A DNA stretch of 63,201 nucleotides, filler included, from Stramenopiles sp. TOSAG23-2 (GCA_900128395.1; 47 parts of 47 records of this genome joined end to end with filler, not necessarily neighbours in it); one strand, 5' to 3'. Positions 36,896 to 49,895 are shown, numbered from the whole stretch's first letter. Program-made: numbers and translations. The notes: a model not told the origin generated them from the letters alone.

Positions 36896-37703
36896 AGAAC
36901 AACGATAGTACCAATAGTAATAGTAGTAGCACCAGCAACAACAATAACAAATACAGCAACAGAAATAATAATAACGATAGTAGTAGTAACAATAGGAACG
37001 CAATGATGATTGATGGCGACGTATCAGACCAAGAAGAATATGAAACAGATGAAGATGTTGAATCTACCGCAACGTATGAAAGACCAACAGATGGCTTGTC
37101 ATAGTCAATTTTATTACTGGGCGAAATGGCTCTGGTAAAAGTGCAGTCATAGCAGCGCTACAACTTTGTCTTGGTGCTACAGCATCTGAAACGCAGCGTG
37201 GGAAGGCAATAAAAGATTTAATTCGACGAGATCATGGTGGTCATGCATATTTAAATGTAACACTACAAAATCCTGAAGGCGACGGTGCGTTTAGGTATGC
37301 AGAGTATGGAGAATCCATTACAATTCAAAGGACAATTCAAAACAAAGGTGGATCTACATATCAATTATACAATCATAATGAGATGAAGAAGTATGTAGAG
37401 GCAATTGAGAAAGGTAAAGATTATAAACGAAAACCGACAAAGCCTGCGAACGGCTTGACTGCGAAAAAAGAAATTTTAAAAATTTTCGAATCCATGTAAT
37501 ATACTTGACCAAGAAACAGCAGGGAAATTTTTAAATTCTAAAGCAGAAGATAAATATGGATTTTTTATGAGGGCAACTGAATTGGAAACTATTGAAAACG
37601 ACATATCGCGTTTAGATGGGTTAATACCTACAGCGTTGAAAAACTTAAAGGAAGGAAACTCAAAGAAAGAAACGTTGGAATCAAAAGTTGACCGTCGTAA
37701 AGA
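36667..37703 (+). CDS. SMC6: SMC6 N-terminal head, broken into three frames by apparent deletions (36667-37096, 37104-37490, 37489-37703)
   Basis: VNFITGRNGSGKSAVIAALQLCLGATASETQRG (Walker A), GDGAFRYAEYGESITIQRTI, NPCNILDQETAGKFL..DKYGFFMRATELE (Q-loop); middle piece is absent from the ORF track. Confidence 0.88.
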
Positions 37704-37803
37704 NNNNNNNNNNNNNNNNNNNNNNNNNNNNNNNNNNNNNNNNNNNNTTAATTAATTAANNNNNNNNNNNNNNNNNNNNNNNNNNNNNNNNNNNNNNNNN
37801 NNN

Positions 37804-39048
37804 TCTGAAATATCAGTTGGGGCTCCACCTTCACCACCGGCAGCATAAAATTCGAAAATCTTCTTCAAGTCTACATAATTTTCTCTTAAAGTTTTTTCAA
37901 TTGCAGCAACTTCATGCTCTGCATCTTCCTCCGGCATAGGAGGGTGCTTGATTCCTTCTATTTCTTCCTTGGTCAATTCCCTTGGTGGTTCTTCTGCCAA
38001 TGCTTTCTTTTTCTCCTCGTGAACTAAATGTACTTGATTGACGGCGTCCATTAATTTACGTATTCGATCACGTTTTGTGACGGTGTAAGTTAAAAATTTT
38101 ACCTCGTGGCGATAATCACATAGCATTACAGGACATTCCCCGTTTTCTAAATTAGGCTCGCGCCCATGCTCTGCATGATCTTCTTGTTTAACTTTAGCGG
38201 AAAACACAGTAAATAAAAATGCATCCATACGACGGTACAATACCGACCATGCTTTCCTACCTTGAATAGCACGGTCCCGTAACTCATTTAAATTATCTAA
38301 CATTGTTGAAAAATCAGATGAAATAACTTGTATGCTTGTTAAAATAGAATCTAGCTGCTCGTCATCGTTTTTCATACGAATTCTTTTCCAAGTTTTAAAA
38401 TCTTGTAAATCTTCAATTATTTGTCTTACATCCTTCCATCTTTTGCGTAACTTTCTTAACTCTTTTCGTACTTTTTTTGTAAAATATTCACCTAAATTAT
38501 TAGGCCGAGTTAACAATAATCTTGTCAAGAACCCGGCGTTTAAAAACTGATCAAAACCCAATATATGTCCACGGGTAATAAATCCTGTTGCCCTTGGCTT
38601 AATTTTAGATGCCATATCCATTACCGCATCGATCCTTGCTTGGGGGTCTATTTCGCTATCTAAATCATCTCCCGGCCACACTTCTGGGGCCAATTGCTTC
38701 ATCAATACAGTATATGTTACTCCATCCCTTAAGTCATTTCCAAAATTTAAACATTTTCGACGATATGGATAACCGTGACGAGTCGCACGGCGTAAATTAT
38801 ATTTCACCCATCTTAATAAGAGCCTATCTTGAGGAAAGAGTGGTAATTTTGCAACTGCATCATCAATGTCTTGCTCTTTCATTTTATTATCTTTCCTTGT
38901 CATTTTCTTCTTAAATTCATCTTCCATTTTTTTTGCATCTTCTAAAATCTTTATACGCGCTTTTTGATCTTCTTGGTGTAACAACTCATCTTCCTTAGCC
39001 CATCTTTTCTTCGCTTCATGCATAACTTCATCTCCAGCTGTCTTTGCA
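37804..39048 (-). CDS. Calponin-homology-domain protein, partial
   Basis: DRLLLRWVKYNL...NFGNDLRDGVTYTVLMKQLAPE. Confidence 0.75.
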
Positions 39049-39148
39049 NNNNNNNNNNNNNNNNNNNNNNNNNNNNNNNNNNNNNNNNNNNNTTAATTAA
39101 TTAANNNNNNNNNNNNNNNNNNNNNNNNNNNNNNNNNNNNNNNNNNNN

Positions 39149-40390
39149 TTGTTCATATATACGATGCCATGGATTTTCATCATTAGCTTCCATCTCATTG
39201 ACCCTGTCATTATGTACGCAAACAAATGTCAATTCTTCTGGATCAGTTGGCAATGTAGTAACAGCACCACGATGTTGCAACCAACGGGATATGCCTTCGA
39301 AATGTATCAAATAGCGCCTTTCTGGCCTTAAACCTTTCGCGACGAATGATTTTGGCTTGCGACCTTGTAAGCGTTGGGAGAATCTAAAGGTTTGTCTACT
39401 TAAAATGTCGGTCATAACCATAGTTACAATCGCGCTTTGCTCGACCTCTAATAATACAACAGCAGTCGTTGACGTGACTTTCCCGATCACCGGACCTAAT
39501 AACGCCCGCGTAGCACGTTCTATCGCTCCAACTAATCTAACTTTCATCTCAGGCTTTTCATACATTGATTCTACTTTAATATTTAATGATAAATAGTTTC
39601 TTTGAGGCCGTTTCATAGGGAAATGTTCATATCTAAACATACCATTGTCATCAGCCTCTCCCTCTAACAATTGATTAAATGGCAATAAAGTATCAGTTAA
39701 TGGCCCTACCATAATCTGTCGTAACAATGTACCAGTTGCTACATGTTTGATCTTTGTCTCCCCACCTATACGCAAACCACCACTTACTATTAGAAGTCCA
39801 TTTCCTTCCTTTGAAGTTTTCCATTCGCTTAACATGGTTAGAATACGTGTCAGTTCTTTCGAATTGTATGCCCATCTTTCTTTCACTGCAACAGTTTCTG
39901 GACGGCGAGCTTTTTTCTTCGCCTCTGCAGGCGATTCTTCCACTAGTGGCCTTTCAATGCACACAAGCAATGCTCTACATTCGGGATTTTTAAGCGTTTC
40001 TTGTATATGATCCCATTGTATGTCACTTATAATAGGATTATCCCGTGCTTGTCCACCGGATGCTAACATTCTACCACCTCGCATATCAATGAACAGAACT
40101 CCTATATGTCCATATAAATGAAAATGATGCTCCTGGCTAGGTTTTTGCTCTAGTCCTCGTATTAATTCTTCATCATCATCCGATTCAGTATCTGTATCAT
40201 CCATCTTTTTGATTTGTAATTTACGATCCCTAATCGATTTAAAAAGCGCCTCTGATTCCTTCTTTGCATTAGAGTCATCCGCACCTTCTCCTAAACCCTT
40301 TACAACACAATCTGGATCCCACAATTGCCGTTGATATTCCCAAAAACAAAAACGACATCTGCTAAATCGGCTTTCACGATCGTATCGTGA
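39149..40390 (-). CDS. PhoD-like metallophosphatase repeat protein, partial
   Basis: WEYQRQLW, VLFIDMRG, LLGPVIGKVTSTTAVVLLEV, GLRPERRYLIHF (end of one PhoD-like unit and start of the next). Confidence 0.6.
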
Positions 40391-41166
40391 ACNNNNNNNN
40401 NNNNNNNNNNNNNNNNNNNNNNNNNNNNNNNNNNNNTTAATTAATTAANNNNNNNNNNNNNNNNNNNNNNNNNNNNNNNNNNNNNNNNNNNNAATATTGT
40501 TGCGTGTATGTGCGCGTCTGTTCGTTTGTTCTTTCTTAAAATGAAATGTTTCTTTGCATTGTATATGGTCGTCGACGACTATATTTGGATTACTGTACTA
40601 TATATATATCTTTTGATTGATTCAACAAATTAGTGATAAATCCCAGTAACTATTTACCTGCTAAGCTATACACTTTTATTTTGTAGCTACCTCGTAAAGT
40701 TAGAGTGAAGAGAGTGTTAGTTTGCAAAGCGACTATATGGAAATATGAGATATCGTGTGTTTTTTTCTATTTTTGCCTGATATCTGTATATCTATTATTC
40801 CCAATTATTAAATTTTTAAAAAACGACCTTTTCTCGTCTCACAGCATATTCTTATGGTGAAAGAATAATTTTTATACCCTTTTTCCATTTCTATACTTTT
40901 AAAAATTTATGTATTCGAAGAAAAAGTGATAGACATTTAATTGATATATTAAATCTATACTTAAAGTTCTGCAAGTGTGGCCATCAAGAAGCAACTGAAC
41001 GTTGTTGCAACTTAAACTTAAACTAGAGTTGTTGTGTTGTTGAAGTACAAAAAAAACAAAGATAGAGACTATTAATAAAAAATTGCTTCTCGATATACAT
41101 AGTCGTCCTACACACAATACGCATATTCTCATCATACAAAACAACAACACAACAATATATTAAAAG

Positions 41167-41736
41167 ATGGGATGCAATAATACCAAAATATTGAAAAATA
41201 ACGATGATGATGTCATTGTTGAATCACCATCGGATCATATTTCAACTACTACTATGAAGAAAAATAATAGTATAATGATTGATAAAATAATGACAGATGA
41301 CTCCTTTTTAAATAAATTAAATAAATGTTTAGAAGATACTACCATTATTAAAGATGATTTGACTGAAATAGAAGAAACGAAAGATGATATTTACATAGAA
41401 AAGTCATATACAAATAATGACACTATATTAGATAATAAAAGTGATTTTCAAGAAGAAAATGAAGATAAAATTAATGGAAATGATATTAAATTACATCTTG
41501 ATGTATCACTTTTAAATAAACAAATTATTAATGAACATAATAATAAATTAATGCATAATAATTATGATACTCCAGAAAAAAATGAAGATGATCACGATGT
41601 AAATACTACAATAGATAAGAATATGAATAAAATGATATCAATAGAAATCCCATCATCGCCACCGTTAGACAATACCTTTTTACATGATGATATAATTGAT
41701 AATTTAAATTTATCTGAAATAAAAAAAATAAATAAA
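41167..41736 (+). CDS. Low-complexity hypothetical protein with MGC acylation motif, 3' partial
   Basis: MGCNNTK start; Asn/Asp-rich. Confidence 0.6.
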
Positions 41737-41836
41737 NNNNNNNNNNNNNNNNNNNNNNNNNNNNNNNNNNNNNNNNNNNNTTAATTAATTAANNNNNNNN
41801 NNNNNNNNNNNNNNNNNNNNNNNNNNNNNNNNNNNN

Positions 41837-42562
41837 GGTTCGAGCATGGAGGCGGTGAAAGATTCCCCATTTATGGAAAAAATGAGGTCAAAAAATTTGG
41901 AAGTTATCTTTTTGGTCGATCCAATTGACGAGTATGCGATCCAGAACCTGACAGAATTTGATGGAAAGAAATTGCAATCTATAACTAAAGAAAATTTAAA
42001 GTTTGGCGATGAGGAGGATTCTGATAAAAAGCGTGATGAGCTTTACACAGAAAATTTCAAAGGTTTGACAGAATGGATGAAAGGTATTTATGGGGACAAA
42101 GTGGAAAAGATTGCTGTATCAAATCGTGTTGTTGATACCCCTTGCCTTTTGGTTACATCGCAATACGGTTACTCTGCAAATATGGAGCGCATCATGCAAA
42201 GCCAGGCCTTTGCTGATAATAAGCGAACATCGTACTTGGTAAGCAAGAAGACAATGGAAATTAATCCAAGGCACCCAATAATGATTGAATTGAAAAAACG
42301 AGCGGAGGAGAGCCCTGATAATGACGATACCAAGGATCTAGCTCTTCTAATTTATGACACAGCACTTTTAAATTCAGGATTCCAAATGGAAGATGCGACA
42401 GGCTTTGCTAGTAGGATGTACAAGCTATTCAAAGCCGGTCTTTCTTTGGAGAGCCTAGAGCTTGCTCCAGAAATCGAAATTCCTGACGATGACGATGTTG
42501 AAGGAGAGTCAGATGAAACCGAGGAGGCCGAAGTTGAAGATGATGAAAAAAAAGAACTTTAA
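41837..42562 (+). CDS. HSP90B1: ER Hsp90 (endoplasmin/GRP94), C-terminal part
   Basis: DPIDEYAIQNLTEFDGKKLQSITKE, YGYSANMERIM, KKTMEINPRHP; ends KKEL (ER retention-type signal) rather than MEEVD. Confidence 0.93.
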   Translation, partial: GSSMEAVKDSPFMEKMRSKNLEVIFLVDPIDEYAIQNLTEFDGKKLQSITKENLKFGDEEDSDKKRDELYTENFKGLTEWMKGIYGDKVEKIAVSNRVVDTPCLLVTSQYGYSANMERIMQSQAFADNKRTSYLVSKKTMEINPRHPIMIELKKRAEESPDNDDTKDLALLIYDTALLNSGFQMEDATGFASRMYKLFKAGLSLESLELAPEIEIPDDDDVEGESDETEEAEVEDDEKKEL

Positions 42563-43180
42563 TACCTGAGACTTAGAATCCGTGTCAAGAAATATTTTTA
42601 TGATAATATCAAAAATATTATATGACCCACGGCTGTAAAGATCTGTAGATTTTGGAAAAAACACTAAAATGAGAGGAAATTTCCTATGGCTCAAATCGGC
42701 AAAGATTTCCCTCAATCAAACGCCGATAACTCAGCCAATTCTTAATATTAGCGTATAAAAATTTAAAGGCATGTGTAGAATAATTAGTGTGACGTGCATA
42801 CAAACTTTTTATTAAAATATTTTAATTGCAATCAAGTGGAAAAAAATACCTTTGACGTGCGCATAAAATTCTATTTAAATAACCTTAAATTTGAAATTTT
42901 ACCCTTGTATGTGTTAGTGTGTACAGAGAGGATGGTGTGTATGTAACGTGTATGTAACAAGGGTGGAGCCCCCTTTGAACGCCCAAATTCCTGGCACCTC
43001 CTGGTATATTATTTGAGACACTAGCTCATCTGAAAGTCCCAAAATAAGTCTTTTTTTAATAGATTTTTTAGCTCTAAAAGNNNNNNNNNNNNNNNNNNNN
43101 NNNNNNNNNNNNNNNNNNNNNNNNTTAATTAATTAANNNNNNNNNNNNNNNNNNNNNNNNNNNNNNNNNNNNNNNNNNNN

Positions 43181-44423
43181 TCAAGTTTCAATACATTAAT
43201 GCTTGGCCCTTTCTTTTCCTTTTTTCTCTTCTGGGCTTTTTCTTCTTTTTTATCATCATCTGAAATTGTGCTTTTTGCACTTTTCGCTGGCTGAGTTGGG
43301 GTCACATCGTCAAGAATGCCTGCTAAAAAATTTTGAATTTTCAACTTTCGGGCATCAGACATTAAAAATGGCCCATTATACTTCCCATTGTAGCATGCTA
43401 TTGCATTTAATATTAACATTTCAGGCCAAGAATATGCCCACCCGCCAACCGGGTCCGCCATATTCCAAGATCTTCTTGAATATTTAAAATTATAATCATC
43501 AAACGTCGCAGAGTCCTTTATCGATGCCTTATCGTCTTCATTTTCATGACTCATTTTATTAATTTCTTCTGCTGTTAATAACAATTTTGGATACTGGCGA
43601 TATAAGATCATGTCTCTGGAAATGATCCCATAGAACAAGGAAGCTCTGCTAATTTGCTTTAAATATTTCATTTGTGGCAATGGAAATTCACGGTGTCCCC
43701 GTAAGTATCTTATCACACTGGCCCTCTCTTTCGGTTGCAATGTCATATGGCCACAAACATGGCATTTTTGTGCGCAATGAAAACATTCTATGCCACTAAC
43801 TGAATCGCATCGAAAGTGTTTTTGTTGTGTTACATGATGACATGTATTGCACTCAACACCCTGCTTTCGTTTATCGATTTCAATATTTTCTTTCGACCGC
43901 CATGATGTTTTTGAGTTTTCTGCGATACCTGCAGCTTCAAAATGAATTAATAAATTACTTGGTGCATATGTTTCTAACAATAAACCCCCCTTTAATAAGT
44001 CTTTTTTGTTTTTCACTAGTAATTCAATCAAATGTATTGCAATATTCGTTGCAAAACCCTTTTGGATATTTGGCAAATGTTCTTTAACGTACAAAGCAGG
44101 TTCTATCTCACCCTTTAAACTATTAAATGATAAAAGTTTTGTTTCAGAGCTGTAATTAATTTTTAACATGATTTGCTTCATTTTCTGGTTCATCACTTGT
44201 AAAAATCCATCCGGCACACGGTCATTATTAAACGCATTGGCATTATTAACTTGGCTTCTCCGTGTAATTTTTATTTTAACACTTAATGTATTTGTGCGTT
44301 CCCGCGACTTATCTTTAGCCTCATCAGCATTGCTGTTTGTCACTTTTTTACCAATGTCCAGATACATTTTTCTTTGTCGAATCTCATCATTTTCCCACGT
44401 GTCACATTTTTCATTGTAGGATT
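43181..44423 (-). CDS. Uncharacterised protein with a Cys/His zinc-binding cluster, partial
   Basis: >400-aa open frame; CNTCHH...CFHCAQKCHVCGH. Confidence 0.65.
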
Positions 44424-45542
44424 NNNNNNNNNNNNNNNNNNNNNNNNNNNNNNNNNNNNNNNNNNNNTTAATTAATTAANNNNNNNNNNNNNNNNNNNNN
44501 NNNNNNNNNNNNNNNNNNNNNNNCGTATATATACTCCTTATGTCCGTATATATAAATATGTATTTATTGATACTTTGTATAACTAGTTATCTTACAAAAA
44601 TGGGAGATGATGCTGCTGATGATGTTGATGATGATGGAGAAAAAAAGATAATAAAAAATGTGTATATATATCTATTTTACAACGTGATCTTTTTCTTTAC
44701 AATTATAATAACAGCAAGGACTGGAAAATGTGATGCTCCCTAATAAAATATTATAATCTCCGTGTTTGATATATATGTTCCAACATCCAATTATTTACAA
44801 TATCATTCTATATATATGATTGATAAAAAATAATAATAGACGATATCTTATATTCATATATTTATATACAAATCTATTGGATGGGAGGTGTTGAAGCGGT
44901 GTTTGGAGGTGTTGGGAGGCAGCCGGCGGTGCGAGAAATTGCTGCCGGCTTTAGCTTGGTTCTAGTTCGCCACTGTTCCTCTGTTCGCTATGAGCCTGCT
45001 GCTGTTTTTGGGAATGGTATTTCCTTAATTGTGTGCGAGATTGAAATATTTTTTTAATATCAAGGAGTATCAAGTATAAGGCAAAAAATCCAGCACAGGT
45101 TAAGGTTTTATGACGGATCGTACGCAGTGCTACGCTCTCAAGCGTCCAAAACTGTCAAATTGTTAAATAACAAAAATAAAATGAGAGAGAGAGAGAGAGA
45201 GAAGAGAGAAAAAAGAAAAAAAGAAGGCGTGTTTGTGCGTACTGATATATGCCTATGATAAAATACGCGAGGAGAGTACATTTTGTTATTTTTTAAAAAA
45301 ACGATTATCATACATACTCGTATCATATTTGTCGAAGAACTATTTATCATATAATCGTACTTCGTACTCGTATTATATATACGAGTATGAGCCGTGTAAG
45401 AGAAATAATATAAATGATGGTTAAATAATATATATATATATATATTATAAAAATCTACGCGCGTAAAAAAAATACGACGAGGTATTCGTATAAAACTTCG
45501 GTGTATCAAATGACATCCATACATGTGCAAGTTGCATGTTCC

Positions 45543-45766
45543 TTAGTCCTTAAGCATAAACACATCTTCTATTTGGTCTTGTTCTTTTTGATATCCTTCA
45601 ACAATCTCCCTGGCTGTTACGTGGATGTACAACTGCTCACTAGTTTCGATATCTCTAATAATCTTACCCATTGCCTGAAATTTGACCTTAGTTTTCTTAC
45701 TATTCTGATATGTTGCGCCAACTTTATAAATCCTCAATTGTGCATGCGATAGATCTAATTCTTTAA
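45543..45766 (-). CDS. Hypothetical protein C-terminus
   Basis: Open frame from the contig edge with coding-like composition. Confidence 0.4.
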
Positions 45767-45866
45767 NNNNNNNNNNNNNNNNNNNNNNNNNNNNNNNNNN
45801 NNNNNNNNNNTTAATTAATTAANNNNNNNNNNNNNNNNNNNNNNNNNNNNNNNNNNNNNNNNNNNN

Positions 45867-46375
45867 GTACAGTTGTCCAGAACCGACATGTACACTTGAT
45901 TTTAATCTTCAGGCCAACAGAGTCCACTCCTCCTTTTTGTTGCCCAGTTGTTTTAGCACCGGCAAAGCCTCCAGACCAATCAGCACACACATCCGGTGAT
46001 GATTCCCCACCATAATAAATACCATTTCCGGCCCAACCTCCACTATTACAACCACATTAACGGTTGGCATCGTCTGCTACAGTTAACCCCCAACAACTGT
46101 CTCCCCATTTATATCCACCAGTAACACATGCATGGCAAAATTTGGCGTCTTCACCAAATGTAACTCCAGTAACGGATTTTGTCACAACATTTGTTACAGC
46201 AATATTTTGATCCATCACTTGCTTGAAAATATTGCTTCCTGCAGGAACAGTAAAATCAACCGAGGAACTGCCCCATTCCATTCGAACATCGTATGATGTA
46301 CCACTTGCAACGCATTCATTTACATTTGCTATAGTAGGTAACGTCGATCCTGGTGTTTCACTCAATGTTTTTGTT
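45867..46375 (-). pseudogene. Cys/Gly/Trp-rich extracellular domain interrupted by one in-frame TAA (46057-46059)
   Basis: FCHAC..WGDSCWG..DDANR*CGCNSGGWAGNGIYYGG..CADWSGGFAG continues in frame to the contig end. Confidence 0.6.
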
Positions 46376-47209
46376 AAATATATATATATATATTAATAGA
46401 TTCTATATACCTCCTTCATTCATACCAGTATGTACATGTGGGAAAAATTCGATCCTACCATATGCATCAATGGCACTATTGTTTATAATGCTGTGTGCTG
46501 TATTTTACTGTATGTTTTAGACACGATCTTCGTGCCTTCGTTCGTGGGTGGGCTTTTTATTTCAATTTATTAATAACATGTTGCACATCCAAAATAGAAA
46601 CTGACAAAAATTATACTCTAATTTAAAACGATACACTATTGATTTTTTAAAATAGAATGTGTATAGCATTGTATAAGAAGATAAAATACACATAGCCTTT
46701 ACTATAGAAAAACACAGCTTTTTTTTTGCTACTATATCCTATTAGACCCATATGGGAGAATACAATAAATAAGTACTGAAAACTATTAACTATTTACTAA
46801 AAAAATATCCCTACTACTACTAAAGTTGAATATGGAGAAGTTACTAGTGATAAAATGTATAAAATGTATAAAATGTAACAAAAAATAATTATTTGTCATC
46901 TCTACGAAAAGCTTCGTATTTTATTATACTTCGTACGCTTTCAAATTTTGTTTTACACACCGCTGATGAAGAAAAACAACTTACGTGGGTGTCGAATTCT
47001 TAAAAAAAAATATCTATGCATAAATATTCAAATATGATATATGATACGAAGTTCGTAAAAAATATCAAGCCAAACCAAAACCAGTTAAATTTTCCAATGC
47101 AACAGAAAANNNNNNNNNNNNNNNNNNNNNNNNNNNNNNNNNNNNNNNNNNNNTTAATTAATTAANNNNNNNNNNNNNNNNNNNNNNNNNNNNNNNNNNN
47201 NNNNNNNNN

Positions 47210-48018
47210 AATAAGATCCATCCAACACGATATCCAGGCACCAAAAATTCTTTTGCAATACCACCAATAGCAATCACAGGCACTTCATCGGTTAAAGATG
47301 CTAATGGATAAAAAGTAGATCCGGTGAAGCACATATTGCCATAAATTTCATCTGATATGATAGGCAATTTGTTTCGACATGCTACTTTTATGATAGCTTC
47401 CAAATGTTCTTTTGAATAAACACTACCACACGGATTGGATGGATTATTGACGAAAATTAATTTTGTTTTCTCATCTACTTTTTCTTCCATTTGTTCTAAA
47501 TTTGCCTCCCAATTCTTTTCGGCTATTAAATCATAATACCGACATTCTATGCCGTATTGCTCTGCAATTGTTTGATATAAAGAAAACCCTGGTTTCGGCA
47601 ATAAAATGTTTTCCCCTGGACTTGCCATGGCTTTTAGTGCTATTTCAATCGCTCCTGATGCACCACTACATATTATAACATCGTCTTCCGTCAATAAACT
47701 TGTTTTTGTTTGGTAATATTTAGCTATTGCAATCCTTGCTTCTGGTCTACCAACGGAGGAACAATATCCATTAAATTTTTCACTGGTTACATTTTTTATA
47801 ATAGCATCGCGAAATGTCTTTGACATGTGCAAATTCCCGAAAACAGTTGGATCACCAATCGAAAGTGGTATCATATTTTTTTGGCCAGGACCAGGCATTT
47901 TTATTTGCTCAACTATTTCACGTATAGGATTACACATATCGTTAATCCATTGTGAAGTTGGTACTGTCTTCCATTTCTGTTTATTTTCTCTCGGTGCAAA
48001 TTTAGGCGTTGAAGACAT
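47210..48018 (-). CDS. TAT: Tyrosine aminotransferase, 3' partial
   Basis: NPIREIVE, IPLSIGDPTVFGN, NNPSNPCGSVYSKEHL, ISDEIY, GGIAKEFLVPGYRVGW (PLP lysine). Confidence 0.93.
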
Positions 48019-48552
48019 GATTCTTTGTTTTACTATAGAAATGATCAAAATTAAAATGAATTGATTTAAATTTACTTTTTTATGTGTTTGTATTTGTCTA
48101 TCTTCTATTATTTATAAAGTTCATCCTAAAAGTGATTATATGATAGTTCATTTAGATGTCCATTAAAAGCTTCTTCTCTTGCTGCTCCACCATCATATAT
48201 TTTTTTGGACCAAGTCAAAATATAAATAGTGGTGTGTGGTCTTGTGTTGTGCTGGTGTGTTCTTCAAGTATGTACAATGTACAATTTAAGAAAGCAGGGC
48301 CATAGGCCATAGGAATTTACTGTATAATACGTGCGTACTGTACTATCAGGCCATATAGGCCTATCTACTATATACAGTAACTTGCAAAAAAGATCATCCA
48401 CGAAAACCGGCGGTGCCCCCCCCACACTCACGCACACGCACACGCGTTTCTANNNNNNNNNNNNNNNNNNNNNNNNNNNNNNNNNNNNNNNNNNNNTTAA
48501 TTAATTAANNNNNNNNNNNNNNNNNNNNNNNNNNNNNNNNNNNNNNNNNNNN

Positions 48553-49794
48553 AATGTAGCACAAGGTTATGGTGGTGGTGTTTATATCGAAAATTCTAAT
48601 ACCAATCCAACATTTAATAATTGTACATTCCAAAACAATACTAGTACTAAACGTGGTGGTGCCATACTAATTTCATTATACACTGACAAACAATCGTACG
48701 GATTATGTGGCACAGCAATTACATTTATCAACAAAAATATATTTCAACATAATAAAGCTGGTGAAACAGGTGGCGCAATTTACATCAACATCATACAACC
48801 AAAAGAAACAATTATTGATTATAAAATATATAAAGTTCCATTCACTCCTGCATGTTTTCAAAATAATAATGCAATAACCTACATCAACAATCATGCAATA
48901 CTTTATGGAGGAAATAATGTCGCTACACCTCCATATAAATTAAATATTGAACAACCAATATCACCTGCACCAATAGCACCAGGTATAGCAATAAAAGGTA
49001 TCTTACAAGTAGTTGATGTTTTTGGTAGAAAATGTACTGAAATAACACACCAAACATATGCAACATCATATGTTGAACTAAGAACCACTGAAAATATTAA
49101 ATTTCAAGGTTTTCCTTCCTTTATTATCGATGGAAAAGGTATAATAGAGATAGGATATTCAAGTAATACAATCGAAATCCAAGATACAGATTTAAACCTA
49201 GTTGATAAAACAATTATATTAAATTTTTTTCATAAAACATTATTTTCAACAAATGCTACAGTGAAACTTGTTAAATGTTTCAAAGGTTATAAATCAACAT
49301 TAACAAAAAACAATCGGTTTGGATGCACGGTATGCCCTGAGCAACAATATAATGTTATATCAGATGGAAAATGCCACGATTGTCCAACTATTGGTGCTGT
49401 ATGTACAGGAAGAGACGATGTATATGCAATACCAGGATATTACGGGCATATAGATGAAAGTGATGGTGGTGAAATTTCAATATTTGAATGTAATGGTGGT
49501 CAATGTTGTCCACATTTAAATGGTACATCGCTTGAAACGTATGATATAAATGGAATAGGATGTCGTATTGGAAGTGGAAAGGATTGTGCAACAAATCGTG
49601 ATCCATCCACTCCATTATGTGGTTCTTGCATTTCCGGGTATAGTGAAGTATTAGGTAGTTCCATCTGCCGTAAATGTACATACGTAAATTGGGTTTGGTT
49701 TATCATTCCATTTTTTTATAGGTATGATATTCATTGTATATTTATTATGTAAAACCTATCTTGCAGCAACCAAAAATATTTTGTTCACATTAAG
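48553..49794 (+). CDS. Surface protein: GGAI beta-helix (Pmp-like) repeats, Cys-rich stalk and TM segment; partial; homopolymer frameshift at ~49711-49718
   Basis: Frame is open from 48553: YGGGVYI, FQNN..RGGAILI, FQHN..TGGAIYI; CHDCPTIGAVC, PLCGSCISGYSE; TM continues IGMIFIVYLLC in the shifted frame. Confidence 0.8.
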
Positions 49795-49895
49795 NNNNNN
49801 NNNNNNNNNNNNNNNNNNNNNNNNNNNNNNNNNNNNNNTTAATTAATTAANNNNNNNNNNNNNNNNNNNNNNNNNNNNNNNNNNNNNNNNNNNNC

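Noticed and set aside
37074-37104. 31-nt GTATGA...CATAG intron repairing SMC6
   Set aside because: Splicing gives the wrong frame and does not restore the missing NFMCH region
46057-46059. Ciliate-type TAA=Gln genetic code
   Set aside because: HSP90B1, HECT and others terminate at TAA exactly where expected; only one in-frame case
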